The notes: generated by a model from the letters alone, not told the origin. Positions 17,243 through 26,245 are shown, counted from the stretch's first letter. The stretch: DNA of 35,690 nt from an uncultured virus (IMG/VR IMGVR_UViG_3300025769_000078) (IMGVR_UViG_3300025769_000078); one strand, 5' to 3'. Program-made: numbers and translations.

Positions 17243-19651
17243 TCAAAAATATGACTTTGGCATTGTCGCTCCCGAAGCAGCATCAAGCGCCCAGTCAAGG
17301 CTCTCGTAGATTCGCATGAGTTTAGATTTAACCATCACACTGAGCACTTTGTCCCAGTCTATGGCGTAGTTCTCCAACTCCGCTTTATCACGGAAAGCAA
17401 CGAAGTCTACCTTCTTTCGCTCTCCTTTGAGTGTGTAGTAGTCAGGCACGTCATTGTTGAAGCCCTTGACATAAATCCATGATACACTGTCGCCTTTGTT
17501 CCATCGCTCTTCAGCATTGGTGGCAACGTGTTGATTGTAATACATGGCGGCTTTGGCTGGTGCGGGTAGGCTCTTGTAGTCCTTGAAGTCCATCGTCAAT
17601 CGAGACGAGCAAGCCACGTCCTCAATCGGTATCTCACCGTTCTTGACTTGGAGGCTTATCTCCCTCAGCACGTCAGTAACAGCCGTTTCATCAGCACCAG
17701 TGCCTATCATTTGCATGGCTACTTGTTGAATGTGCTTGGTCAAACGTGAAGAACTGGAGGCTTTGATTTCATAACCAGCAATCTTCATCTCACCTTTGCT
17801 CTTCTCAGGCCACACCTTGATGCCGAAGTAACGATTCTTCACTGGCGCAGTCGTCCAGTAATCGAAGTAAGCCTCAAGTTCAACTTCCATTGTTGGTAAC
17901 TCAAGTTTGTCCTTAGCAGTCTTGGTCAAGTGCTCTGCAAGCGATGTCGCTTTATCAAATGGAACTTGGATGAAGGCTGAATCTGTGTGACCATAGAGTG
18001 ATTTGTAACCTTGCTCTTCGCTTTCAGTCAGTAGGTGGTGAATACACTCACGCCCTCTGTGTGTGATAGCGGCGGCTATATCGTTGTCAATCCACATACC
18101 TTGTAGGGCTTTCATCCCAGTCATACCGTAGAGTGCATTGACGAGAACCTTCGCCGCTGTTTGCATCATGTCGTAACCGAGTTTCTCATCAGGGTCTGTA
18201 GTCTCACGCATAAGTCTCTTGTATTCAGCACGCAGTTCAAGCATCTCTTCTACGATAGCAGGGAGTAAACCTTTCTCCTTTTGACACCAGTGTGAGCCAT
18301 CGCCCAGTGTCTTGGTAGTCTCTGTAGGTTGGTCACGCTTAGTAAGGTAACATAAATTGTCAGAGAGAATGATGTTAGGATAGAGAGAAGCATAGTCCAC
18401 AATGGCTACGCCTTCGTGACGACCCGGTATAGGGTCGGGAATGTGGGCGGCAGTGAGTTGTTCACGTCGGTTGTTGATAGCACTCTTGGCTTTCTTGTCC
18501 GTCCTTCTACCAACAAGCCCTCTGAAGTATCGAGTGACTTTGTGTGTGCTCGCCCACGAGACACCACACAACTGCTGAGTAGCAACGAAGAAGTCAATGG
18601 CGTTGAGTTTCTTGTCGATGTCACGCAGTAACGTAGTATCGAGGAGACAGTAATCTACGAACTCACTCCAGTATTCATACCAACCATTGTGAACGGTCAT
18701 GCCCTCAATCTCTTCTGTCAGTTTACTGCCAAGTTCAAGCAACTCCGCTATAGTATTCAACTTGCGGTTAGGTAGTTGTCCACGTCCTGACTTTTGCCAT
18801 AGCGATTCAAAGCCACTACCACTCTTCCAGTGAGCCGCTGAGTCCCAACACAACCTACCCTTGATGGGCTGTTGAGTGTCCTTGTAGCCATCTCTACCTT
18901 TGAATGGTCGAATCACTTGACCGAGTGGTGAGAGTTGGTCAGGGTCTTTCAGTCTACGCATCAGGTGTGGTAAGTCAGCCCACATGATAGCATGGGCTAC
19001 GAGAATGTCAGGGTCACGCTTGTGTAAGAATTTGATGAAGGCTTCATGCATCTCCGCTTCGGAAGGGTAGATTTGCAGTATGTATTCTTCATCACGCACC
19101 TTCATGTGTCTCGCACTTACGATGTGTGTTGGATGAGGACAGTTGGTTCTTTCCTCATCAGCCCATGCAAAGACATGCGGAATATCAAGGTCGCTGTCTA
19201 CAACAGCCATGACGGATGTGAAGTCATCTTTGGTGTCCCACTCCAAATCAAAATACCACACTCGTGGCTTGAACTCAGGTAACTTCTCAGGATAGAGTTG
19301 CAGTAGCACTTGGTCGAGATAATTCAAGTCTGCTTCATAAGTAGGCATCTCATCTTTGATGTCCCATAGGTCAGTAGGTCTGTCCACTTCGACCTTCATA
19401 AGTGGGGTTTTGTCGATACCAGTGGCACGAATACTCCGATGAATCTGAGCACTGGGGTATCGAGCCATCATACGATTGAGTTTCCACTCAGGTGTGTTCA
19501 CTGGAATCCAGCAGTGTGGTTTCACATACCTCTCGTCTTCAGGCCATATGTGCTCTTCGTGCAGTATGCCTTCCTTGTCACGAGTCCGTAGGTAGAGATT
19601 GGGTTGTCCGAAGTTGTCAGACTCAGCAGGGTAATACCAGTCGATAATCAT
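17243..19651 (-). CDS. polB: Family B DNA polymerase (802 aa, no intein)
   Basis: ExoI FDLE, ExoIII YCLLD, motif A DYASLYP, motif B KVLVNALYG, motif C YGHTDS, KNRY. Confidence 0.96.
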   Translation of the reverse strand: MIIDWYYPAESDNFGQPNLYLRTRDKEGILHEEHIWPEDERYVKPHCWIPVNTPEWKLNRMMARYPSAQIHRSIRATGIDKTPLMKVEVDRPTDLWDIKDEMPTYEADLNYLDQVLLQLYPEKLPEFKPRVWYFDLEWDTKDDFTSVMAVVDSDLDIPHVFAWADEERTNCPHPTHIVSARHMKVRDEEYILQIYPSEAEMHEAFIKFLHKRDPDILVAHAIMWADLPHLMRRLKDPDQLSPLGQVIRPFKGRDGYKDTQQPIKGRLCWDSAAHWKSGSGFESLWQKSGRGQLPNRKLNTIAELLELGSKLTEEIEGMTVHNGWYEYWSEFVDYCLLDTTLLRDIDKKLNAIDFFVATQQLCGVSWASTHKVTRYFRGLVGRRTDKKAKSAINNRREQLTAAHIPDPIPGRHEGVAIVDYASLYPNIILSDNLCYLTKRDQPTETTKTLGDGSHWCQKEKGLLPAIVEEMLELRAEYKRLMRETTDPDEKLGYDMMQTAAKVLVNALYGMTGMKALQGMWIDNDIAAAITHRGRECIHHLLTESEEQGYKSLYGHTDSAFIQVPFDKATSLAEHLTKTAKDKLELPTMEVELEAYFDYWTTAPVKNRYFGIKVWPEKSKGEMKIAGYEIKASSSSRLTKHIQQVAMQMIGTGADETAVTDVLREISLQVKNGEIPIEDVACSSRLTMDFKDYKSLPAPAKAAMYYNQHVATNAEERWNKGDSVSWIYVKGFNNDVPDYYTLKGERKKVDFVAFRDKAELENYAIDWDKVLSVMVKSKLMRIYESLDWALDAASGATMPKSYF

Positions 19652-19655
19652 TCAA

Positions 19656-20408
19656 TCACGCTCGTTGGTCTACGATAACAAGTAGGTCATCATCTTTCTC
19701 AAGAGCGATGATAGTCGCTTCGCCTATGTGTATGGTGGCCTCACCACCACCGAGTAGAGCGATGCTGTCCATTAACCACGAGCCGTATGTAGAACTCACG
19801 CTACCAGTGACCGGGCCAGTAGAATCACGCAACTCAAGCGTAGTGAACAACTTGGTTTCGTGTCTCTTGCCCGATGATATGAGGAACTCATTCTCACTGG
19901 GATTGGCTGTAATCTTGAAGATAGGACTGCTGTTGAGAATGCCTCGCATCTTCGATACAGTAGCCAACTCATCCAGTGTGATGACTCCTGATACACTCAG
20001 GTCGCACGAGTGAAACTTTGTCCACTCACTGGCTTCAGCCTCCTCAATCAACTTCTCAAACAGTGAAGCCTTAGCCGCACTGACGATTGTAGAAGACGTA
20101 GGCATTGAAATCTTGGATGACCCACATGTGATGTTCAGTGTCTTGGCTGAGCCTGTCTGTGAGATGCTCACGACATCATCCTTCGCCGCCTTGAGGAACT
20201 GACGAACCTTGACCAGTTCAGTGATGTCAAGGTTACCATTTTCTTTCACCTCTCCGTCTACTTCTCTTGTCTTCGTTATGTAGTGGGAGATGAAAGCAAC
20301 TGATGCTGTCATGGATTTGTCATCGAAGTGTATTCGCAAGTCCTCTGCCTTGCCGAACTCCGATAGGAAGCCCAACAACTGTTTTCTGTTTATGTTTAGT
20401 TTCGTCAT
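19656..20408 (-). CDS. Probable divergent PCNA-type sliding clamp (250 aa)
   Basis: PCNA-like length and alpha/beta alternation; adjacent to polB, with RFC and PIP-box peptide in the same module; little motif identity. Confidence 0.55.
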   Translation of the reverse strand: MTKLNINRKQLLGFLSEFGKAEDLRIHFDDKSMTASVAFISHYITKTREVDGEVKENGNLDITELVKVRQFLKAAKDDVVSISQTGSAKTLNITCGSSKISMPTSSTIVSAAKASLFEKLIEEAEASEWTKFHSCDLSVSGVITLDELATVSKMRGILNSSPIFKITANPSENEFLISSGKRHETKLFTTLELRDSTGPVTGSVSSTYGSWLMDSIALLGGGEATIHIGEATIIALEKDDDLLVIVDQRA

Positions 20409-20421
20409 AGTATCACCTCAA

Positions 20422-20533
20422 GGTGGGGGGAAATTCAGTGGAGGAGGAAAGTATAACCCCCTAACGGAAAGAACAGGTGTTTCGGCCCACCTGCGCCCCA
20501 AAGAGTCCTGAATTTTTACCCCGTAAACCCCCA
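20422..20533 (-). ncRNA. Putative structured intergenic RNA / cis-regulatory element
   Basis: G/C-run-rich gap; closing stem aaattcag (20431-38)/ctgaattt (20508-15) flanked by G/C runs; inner hairpin caggtg (20474-79)/cacctg (20488-93). Confidence 0.4.
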
Positions 20534-20539
20534 TGAGTA

Positions 20540-21541
20540 TCAAAGCGTCCCGTCGTAGAGTTCAGGTAGTCCATACCACTGTGGGTCTTTACCAGCCTCT
20601 GTAACGAGTGTAGTGCGCTTCTGTCCTTGTAGTCGAGCATTGGTCTTGCTCTTGTCGAATGTAACAGTGTATTCGGATTTGACAACATCACCAGTGTCTT
20701 CATCGAGAATGTCCTTGCGCTCACAGATGAGGATTTGATAGACGAAGTTGTTGCTCGCCTTCTCCCAGTCAGGTCGCCACGTTGATGCTACATCTTCGTT
20801 CTTACCCCACGAGTAGTTGGTCAATCGCAAGTGCGTCTCCCAAAAGACTCGCACACCCAGTTTCACAAGTGCTCGGCAAAGACCTGTAAGTTGGTGGAAG
20901 CGAGTCTTACGAATAGCCCAGTCCCATTGGTGACCGACCTTCTTGTTCCAGTCAGCCGCCTCGATACCATCCTTAGCAATGTTCAAGTCTACGATACGCA
21001 TACAGTTCACGCATACGCTGTCCCAAAGGTCTACACCAGTGACGTGGAATCCCCACAATCGTGGCCCATCATAGTCAGGGTCACGTTGCTTTTGTGCAAC
21101 ATCGACAGCGAACTGTGCAAGAGACATCACTCTGTCGTGAGTTGCTGGATAGTTGTAGGCAGTGCTGTCACCTTTCATCATGACCCACGGCTCAAATGTT
21201 TTGATGTTGTCATTGTCACGATGGAACGCTGACTTGTTAGCGGCAAGACCGCCCTCAAAGTCAAGACCCCACAGTTGGTATTGCTTCTCCTGTTCAGTGC
21301 GCTCAGGCGAAGACAACCACTTGGAGAAAGCATCTGTAACGATTGCTGTCTTACCAGTGTTATCATGCCCTGCGATACCCATGAACAAGTGAGTCTGTGG
21401 TGTGTTGTCCATCATCTCCAGTTCTTTACGGAGAGTGGCAAAGGGGTCATCATCAGTGCGCTTCGTCGCTGGTGTTTCCTCCAATACCTTCTCTTCTTCA
21501 TCTTCTTTGTTTGCTTCTTTCGTTTTTCCAAAACCTGCCAT
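20540..21541 (-). CDS. RecA-fold ATPase (AAA_24/Sak4/RadA-like recombination protein)
   Basis: Walker A GHDNTGKT; 'LDFEGG'; 'VRVFWETH'; adjacent to the SSB-like gene. Confidence 0.7.
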   Translation of the reverse strand: MAGFGKTKEANKEDEEEKVLEETPATKRTDDDPFATLRKELEMMDNTPQTHLFMGIAGHDNTGKTAIVTDAFSKWLSSPERTEQEKQYQLWGLDFEGGLAANKSAFHRDNDNIKTFEPWVMMKGDSTAYNYPATHDRVMSLAQFAVDVAQKQRDPDYDGPRLWGFHVTGVDLWDSVCVNCMRIVDLNIAKDGIEAADWNKKVGHQWDWAIRKTRFHQLTGLCRALVKLGVRVFWETHLRLTNYSWGKNEDVASTWRPDWEKASNNFVYQILICERKDILDEDTGDVVKSEYTVTFDKSKTNARLQGQKRTTLVTEAGKDPQWYGLPELYDGTL

Positions 21542-21552
21542 TCTTCATCACC

Positions 21553-22899
21553 TCAGTTAAATTGACCCTCGCCAGTATCTCCACCAGTCTGTCGTCGTCG
21601 GATGCGTCGAGCATCAGCAAAGACACCCATCACCTTGAGGCTTGGGATGTCCTTACCGTCTTTGCGCTTGACTGCAATACGACCACACACCAATACTGTG
21701 GAGCGCTCCGCATAAGGAATAGTCTCGTCGTCTGTTCGTGCAACGAAAGGAGCAGTCAAATCGTTACAAGCACTACCGACCCAACACATAACATCAGCGG
21801 CATCGCTACTACCATGTGCGCTCTGAAGAGCAGTGGAAGTGAGAGTGATTGAGTAACCTCGTCCATCTTCGTCATACTGATTGTCACGAGGCTCAGTGGA
21901 CATACGGTTCACTGTTCCCTTCGTGAAGACGATAGGGCCACTGCGACCTTGCTCACCGTTGATGGTGAAGGTGCGACTACCTGACTCAAACGCTTCAACC
22001 AACTCATCGAGTGGAACGAAGTGGGGGTGAAGTTCATTGTCTGTCCAAAACTTGAATGGTCGGAGTAGAGCACGCATGTTCTCATTGACGAACTCATCTG
22101 TGTATTCGATGGCTTTGGATGTTCCCATGCTGGTAGACAAGACATCCTTGAATCCTTCAGCGGCCTTCTCGCTTGGTGGTCGTGCCATGATACGACATGG
22201 CTCACCAATAAGAACTTCAGCGTCAGCGTCTTCGCCTTGCATGTCAAGTCTCCATAGTTGAATAGCACCATCGTTGGTGAACTCATCTTCAGGAGCACCC
22301 AAAAAGTGGTAGTTGCGACCATTCATCGACATGGCCTTTGGTCGCCCACTCTTAGCGAGCAAACAGATACGCTCGCCGTCAGCGATGAATGAGTTCTCAG
22401 GGACTTCATCCACAGGTATCTCTGTGAGTGCAGTGCCGTTGTTGGTAGATAACGACCATTGAGTTTGTCCGTTTTGTTTGATGTAGTGTCCAACCATACC
22501 GCTACCAATAGCGTTGTTGGGGTCGAGTGTGAAGTCACGCTTAGCACGAGCAACGAGGTTGCTTCGACGGTCACGTCGCTTGTCATCGACACCGACAAAG
22601 CATCCAACGAATGGAACAGACCCGGCCATAGGTGCGCCACCGCCACCAATGTTTCGTGTCTCAATGAACATCTGTTCAGCCCAGTCGATGAGCAAGTCCT
22701 CATCTTCTTGGCTTGGGTCAGTGCATCCATGCTCCTTGCTGATTTGCTCAAGGAAGTCTGCAACTACCTTTTGGATGTCTTGTTTTGTGCGAGTAGCGTA
22801 TTGCTCCAGTCGCTCAAGCACACCTTCGGGTAGGCTACTGCTTACCGCTACGGCATGGTCGTCTTCGTTTTGTTCGTTATCTTCGTATTCTTCAGTCAT
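21553..22899 (-). CDS. Putative RPA-like ssDNA-binding protein (448 aa)
   Basis: GGAGGT SD and ATGA overlap at 22899; acidic; helical N-terminus then OB-like strands ('TKGTVNRM', 'VLVCGRI', 'LKVMGVF'); position between RFC and the recombinase. Confidence 0.45.
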   Translation of the reverse strand: MTEEYEDNEQNEDDHAVAVSSSLPEGVLERLEQYATRTKQDIQKVVADFLEQISKEHGCTDPSQEDEDLLIDWAEQMFIETRNIGGGGAPMAGSVPFVGCFVGVDDKRRDRRSNLVARAKRDFTLDPNNAIGSGMVGHYIKQNGQTQWSLSTNNGTALTEIPVDEVPENSFIADGERICLLAKSGRPKAMSMNGRNYHFLGAPEDEFTNDGAIQLWRLDMQGEDADAEVLIGEPCRIMARPPSEKAAEGFKDVLSTSMGTSKAIEYTDEFVNENMRALLRPFKFWTDNELHPHFVPLDELVEAFESGSRTFTINGEQGRSGPIVFTKGTVNRMSTEPRDNQYDEDGRGYSITLTSTALQSAHGSSDAADVMCWVGSACNDLTAPFVARTDDETIPYAERSTVLVCGRIAVKRKDGKDIPSLKVMGVFADARRIRRRQTGGDTGEGQFN

Positions 22900-23849
22900 G
22901 ATAATACCTCCTTTCGTAGTCGTGCCACAAGGCAATCAACAAAGGAATGTGAACCGATAGGCCATTCATACATGTGGGGAATCATCTCTCCCAGCACACC
23001 CATGACTGTCCATGTGTTGTCTTCGTCCATCTCAAAGAACTCGGTTAGGTTCTCATGGAATGTTCGCATGACGAAGGTAAGTGAAAGCCCTCGGTCAAGC
23101 ATGGAATAGAGTTGCTTACGCATGTCGCCATACTCACCAGCGATAGCGGCAAGTGCGGCCTGTGATGGGTTGCCCCCATCGGATAGTCTCTCATGTAGAG
23201 CAACAAGAGGAGCGTCACCATGACTCTCCATGATAGCGATAGCGCTACGCATGTCGCCACCAGTGAACTTCATAAGTAGCATGAATGTGTTATTCCAAGC
23301 GCTGAGTGTTACGCTGTCACCAACCCAACTCAAGTGTCCTTTGAATAAATCAACAAGCCTCTTAGCCCCATCTTCAGGACTGATAGGCTTGAACTCATAC
23401 ACAAGACACCTGCTTTGAATAGCAGGTTTGATTTTGCTAATCTCGTTGCATGTGAAGATGTAGAAGACGTTCTCAGCATACTCTTCCATGATGCCTCTCA
23501 GTGCATCCTGAGCCGCTGGGGTGAGGCCGTCAGCCTCGTCTACAATGATGCCTCTCCTGTCAGTGCCTACAGCCTTGACAGCGCTCATCTGTTTGAGTTG
23601 GTTACGAATGTAGTCAAGCCCTCTGTCGTCTGAGGCATTGACAATGATGTAGTTCATGGGGTCAAAGAAGTCACCCATCTTCTCACGGAGCATGACCTTC
23701 GCCGCAGTGGACTTGCCAGTGCCTTGCATACCGTGGAGGAGAACAGCACGAGGCCACGAACCTGAGTCACGCCAGCCCATAGCGTCGGAGACAAAGGCAG
23801 TCTGACCTGCTATGTCCTCCAAGGTCTGTGGTTCTGTGCTGTTCTCCAT
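22896..23849 (-). CDS. rfcS: Replication factor C small subunit (clamp loader)
   Basis: PQTLEDIAGQ, GMQGTGKS, NASDDRG, IVDEADGLT, AQDALR, FIFTCN, AIQSRC, GDMRSAI; start at ATG 23849 (or 23858). Confidence 0.93.
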   Translation of the reverse strand: MENSTEPQTLEDIAGQTAFVSDAMGWRDSGSWPRAVLLHGMQGTGKSTAAKVMLREKMGDFFDPMNYIIVNASDDRGLDYIRNQLKQMSAVKAVGTDRRGIIVDEADGLTPAAQDALRGIMEEYAENVFYIFTCNEISKIKPAIQSRCLVYEFKPISPEDGAKRLVDLFKGHLSWVGDSVTLSAWNNTFMLLMKFTGGDMRSAIAIMESHGDAPLVALHERLSDGGNPSQAALAAIAGEYGDMRKQLYSMLDRGLSLTFVMRTFHENLTEFFEMDEDNTWTVMGVLGEMIPHMYEWPIGSHSFVDCLVARLRKEVLS

Positions 23850-23861
23850 GAATATCATCTC

Positions 23862-23884
23862 TACTATTCCTTTATATATCAACT
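23862..23884 (-). promoter_or_regulatory. Conserved viral promoter motif copy 3 (AGTTGATATATAAAGGAATAGTA)
   Basis: TATA box ends 21 nt before ATG 23849; heads the RFC-RPA-recombinase-clamp-PolB genes. Confidence 0.8.
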
Positions 23885-24343
23885 TCAAATTGGCTCTTCC
23901 ATTGTTCCTTCAAACATAATTGACTTGTGCTCAGCATCGTATGCCTCAGCCCACGCCGCAAGGGTGCTACCATAGTCCGAAGGCATTGGATTTTGCCAAA
24001 CCCACACCCACATGTGGTAGCCTACCTTGTCAGCGAAGGCGCTGTGTATTGGGTATTCTCTATTGATGGTATTTAGAAGAAGTCGTAGTCTCTTCTGTGA
24101 TATGATAGATGTAAAACCATCTATAGGAAACTCGTGAGCGAGGAAGTCTCCGATACCCAGCACCTTTTGAATGTAAGGTAAGAGACTCGGTGGTGGAGGG
24201 TTACGCCATACAACAGAGCGTCTGAGTCTATATCCCGCCTTTGCTTGTGAGTCTTTACTTACATAGGTATTGAACTTGAGTTGGCCGAGCATGTAGCCTA
24301 AGCCGATACCGAATCCTGTCTTGTCATTTGTTTGCATCGTCAT
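23885..24343 (-). CDS. Hypothetical protein, possibly a degenerate LAGLIDADG-fold DNA-binding protein
   Basis: 'LGYMLGQLKFNTYVSKDSQAKAGYRLRRSVVW' echoes the LAGLIDADG helix plus beta-hairpin without the acidic residue. Confidence 0.5.
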   Translation of the reverse strand: MTMQTNDKTGFGIGLGYMLGQLKFNTYVSKDSQAKAGYRLRRSVVWRNPPPPSLLPYIQKVLGIGDFLAHEFPIDGFTSIISQKRLRLLLNTINREYPIHSAFADKVGYHMWVWVWQNPMPSDYGSTLAAWAEAYDAEHKSIMFEGTMEEPI

Positions 24344-24657
24344 TGTTCCAACCTCACATACAAGATGTAACCATACTTACTCGGAATAACACGAGCCTTT
24401 CGACCCTCAAACCGATGAGCCTTTGCGTAGTATTGTGCTCCATCTTTCGTTGAATGCACATCATCAATAAGATACAAGTGACCATTGAAGGTGCGATTTG
24501 ATGACACCTTAGCCATCAAATTTCTGTTCTTGTGGGTATACATTTTACCGAATATAACTCTACCATCGTCTGTTAATGCCAGTTTACGCCCTCCCAGTAT
24601 CAAGTCAAGTGTCCAACGCCTTCGCAAGCCCTTGTGTGTTTTGACAAATTTACTCAT
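24340..24657 (-). CDS. Basic hypothetical protein (105 aa)
   Basis: ATGA overlaps at both ends. Confidence 0.6.
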   Translation of the reverse strand: MSKFVKTHKGLRRRWTLDLILGGRKLALTDDGRVIFGKMYTHKNRNLMAKVSSNRTFNGHLYLIDDVHSTKDGAQYYAKAHRFEGRKARVIPSKYGYILYVRLEQ

Positions 24658-25910
24658 TCTACACCACTCCTTGCTAACAGTTCGACATACTGAGTCACGT
24701 CTTTGATACCCAAGTCAGCCCTCAGTTTGATGACCGTCCAGTCGTATAGAAAGAGAGAGTGGTTTCTGATACCAACTTGCACTGCCGCTATCTCAGCCAC
24801 AGCACACTCGATGTCCAGTGGGTTCTGTAACTCTTCAGGAAGAGGATGTGCGTCTGTTACACATACAACATCATCAATACCATCAAGCGCCCCCAACAAA
24901 TACTCACCTCCAGTCAAGTATTCTATTTTCAAGAAGACCTTAGTTCGGTCAGCGTGCATCACATAACCACCAATAGCATCGGGCTTGAACTCTTGAGAGG
25001 GTTTGATAAGTCGAATACAACTCACATCAGGTGACTGCAATCTACGAACAATGTCATCCCAATCGCTGTCAGTGGACATGTAGCCACTCCCATGCTCACC
25101 CTCCACACGAGTTGCAAAAGTCTCAAGGGGTGAATGTTTTTTCACTCTGTCTATGATTGTCTCAACACCGCTATCGGGACATCGCACTGCTTCATAGAGA
25201 TAGTTGGCACTGTAACCATGTTTACCTATCCTTCGTCCCATCCTGTCTCGCACGACATGGTTGTGAAGATATACGATGTCACCTTTGGGAACAACTACAG
25301 CCAAGTGATTCTCTTCAGGGGGAGCGAGTGAAGTATATGCTTTCCATCGCATAGGTGAAGGAAACCAATCATACTCAGTCCATCGTTTGTTTGCTCTGAG
25401 GCTCTCTTTGTCTCTGAACAATTTGACGATGGTTGTTGAAGTCATGTTGCGTGTCACGACTTCGTGAGGCACTGCATGAATACGAGCGAGCGCTCCAAAG
25501 AATGCTCTCTTCGTTATAACTGGCTTGTCTCTAAGACACCATCGCCAAAGCAGTCGTGCTTCCTTCTCGTTGAATTTGTGCGCCACCTCTGTGAAAGTCG
25601 TGGCTGATTGGAGTAGTGCTTCGACATAAGCGAGGTCGAAGTCTCGTGAGCCTGAGTTCGCACTCTCAGATGCAAGAGTCATCCATGCCTCTTCTTCGGG
25701 TAACATATCCTTGACCACATCGTAAAACGATGTTGCTTCATAAGTGATGAGTTTGAATGGGTCAGTCCTATACGGTAATTGGTCGATGTAGAACAGACGA
25801 TGAAGAGCCAGTGTGTCCTCAAGTTTTTCCAGCCGAGCCAGTTGCTTGACTGGTGATTCACCTAAGCGTAGTTGCTCATGTATGTCAGCGAGTAATGCAA
25901 ACTTCGTCAT
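24654..25910 (-). CDS. ATP-dependent DNA ligase-like protein, catalytic motifs degenerate
   Basis: DBD-like 'EKEARLLWRWCLRD', 'PSPM'; motif I reads VPKGDI instead of KxDGxR; collinear remnants of motifs III-V; OB-like C-terminus. Confidence 0.55.
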   Translation of the reverse strand: MTKFALLADIHEQLRLGESPVKQLARLEKLEDTLALHRLFYIDQLPYRTDPFKLITYEATSFYDVVKDMLPEEEAWMTLASESANSGSRDFDLAYVEALLQSATTFTEVAHKFNEKEARLLWRWCLRDKPVITKRAFFGALARIHAVPHEVVTRNMTSTTIVKLFRDKESLRANKRWTEYDWFPSPMRWKAYTSLAPPEENHLAVVVPKGDIVYLHNHVVRDRMGRRIGKHGYSANYLYEAVRCPDSGVETIIDRVKKHSPLETFATRVEGEHGSGYMSTDSDWDDIVRRLQSPDVSCIRLIKPSQEFKPDAIGGYVMHADRTKVFLKIEYLTGGEYLLGALDGIDDVVCVTDAHPLPEELQNPLDIECAVAEIAAVQVGIRNHSLFLYDWTVIKLRADLGIKDVTQYVELLARSGVE

Positions 25911-26245
25911 AGCCATGCCTCAATCAAATCTGTAAAATCGCTCTGCCAACCGTTGGGTCGTGGTTGTGTACCTACTCCGAATATCTGAAACGTCAGGTCA
26001 CGAACCTTGATGGCGCTGGTCTTGATGCCTCTACGCTTAGCGCATAGGTAGATGCAATCAACCATCAACCCATGTGGGCTTCGTTGGTTCATCCATCTAT
26101 CATCACCTGCTACCTTGATTGACAGAGCCTTAGCGGAAGCATACTCGCCTCCCTTCAAGCCCATAGCCAACGCCAGTTCCATGCCTCTGTCTACACCAGC
26201 ATGTGTCTCTACTGTGCGAGCCAGTATCTCTGCTTTGTCACTCAT
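25907..26245 (-). CDS. Single cyclin-fold TFB/TFIIB-like protein (112 aa)
   Basis: 'QRSPHGLMVDCIYLCAKRRGIKTSAIKVRDL' matches the TFB repeat pattern GRSPxxxAAAxxYxAxRxxxxxxTxxEI. Confidence 0.6.
   Translation of the reverse strand: MSDKAEILARTVETHAGVDRGMELALAMGLKGGEYASAKALSIKVAGDDRWMNQRSPHGLMVDCIYLCAKRRGIKTSAIKVRDLTFQIFGVGTQPRPNGWQSDFTDLIEAWL

Noticed and set aside
20422..20533. tRNA or simple terminator
   Set aside because: No T-loop GTTCRA or cloverleaf; no U-tract after the closing stem; the downstream genes have no separate motif copy
17243..23849. Inteins or introns in PolB or RFC
   Set aside because: Protein lengths are normal and the motifs are contiguous; no intein junction motifs seen
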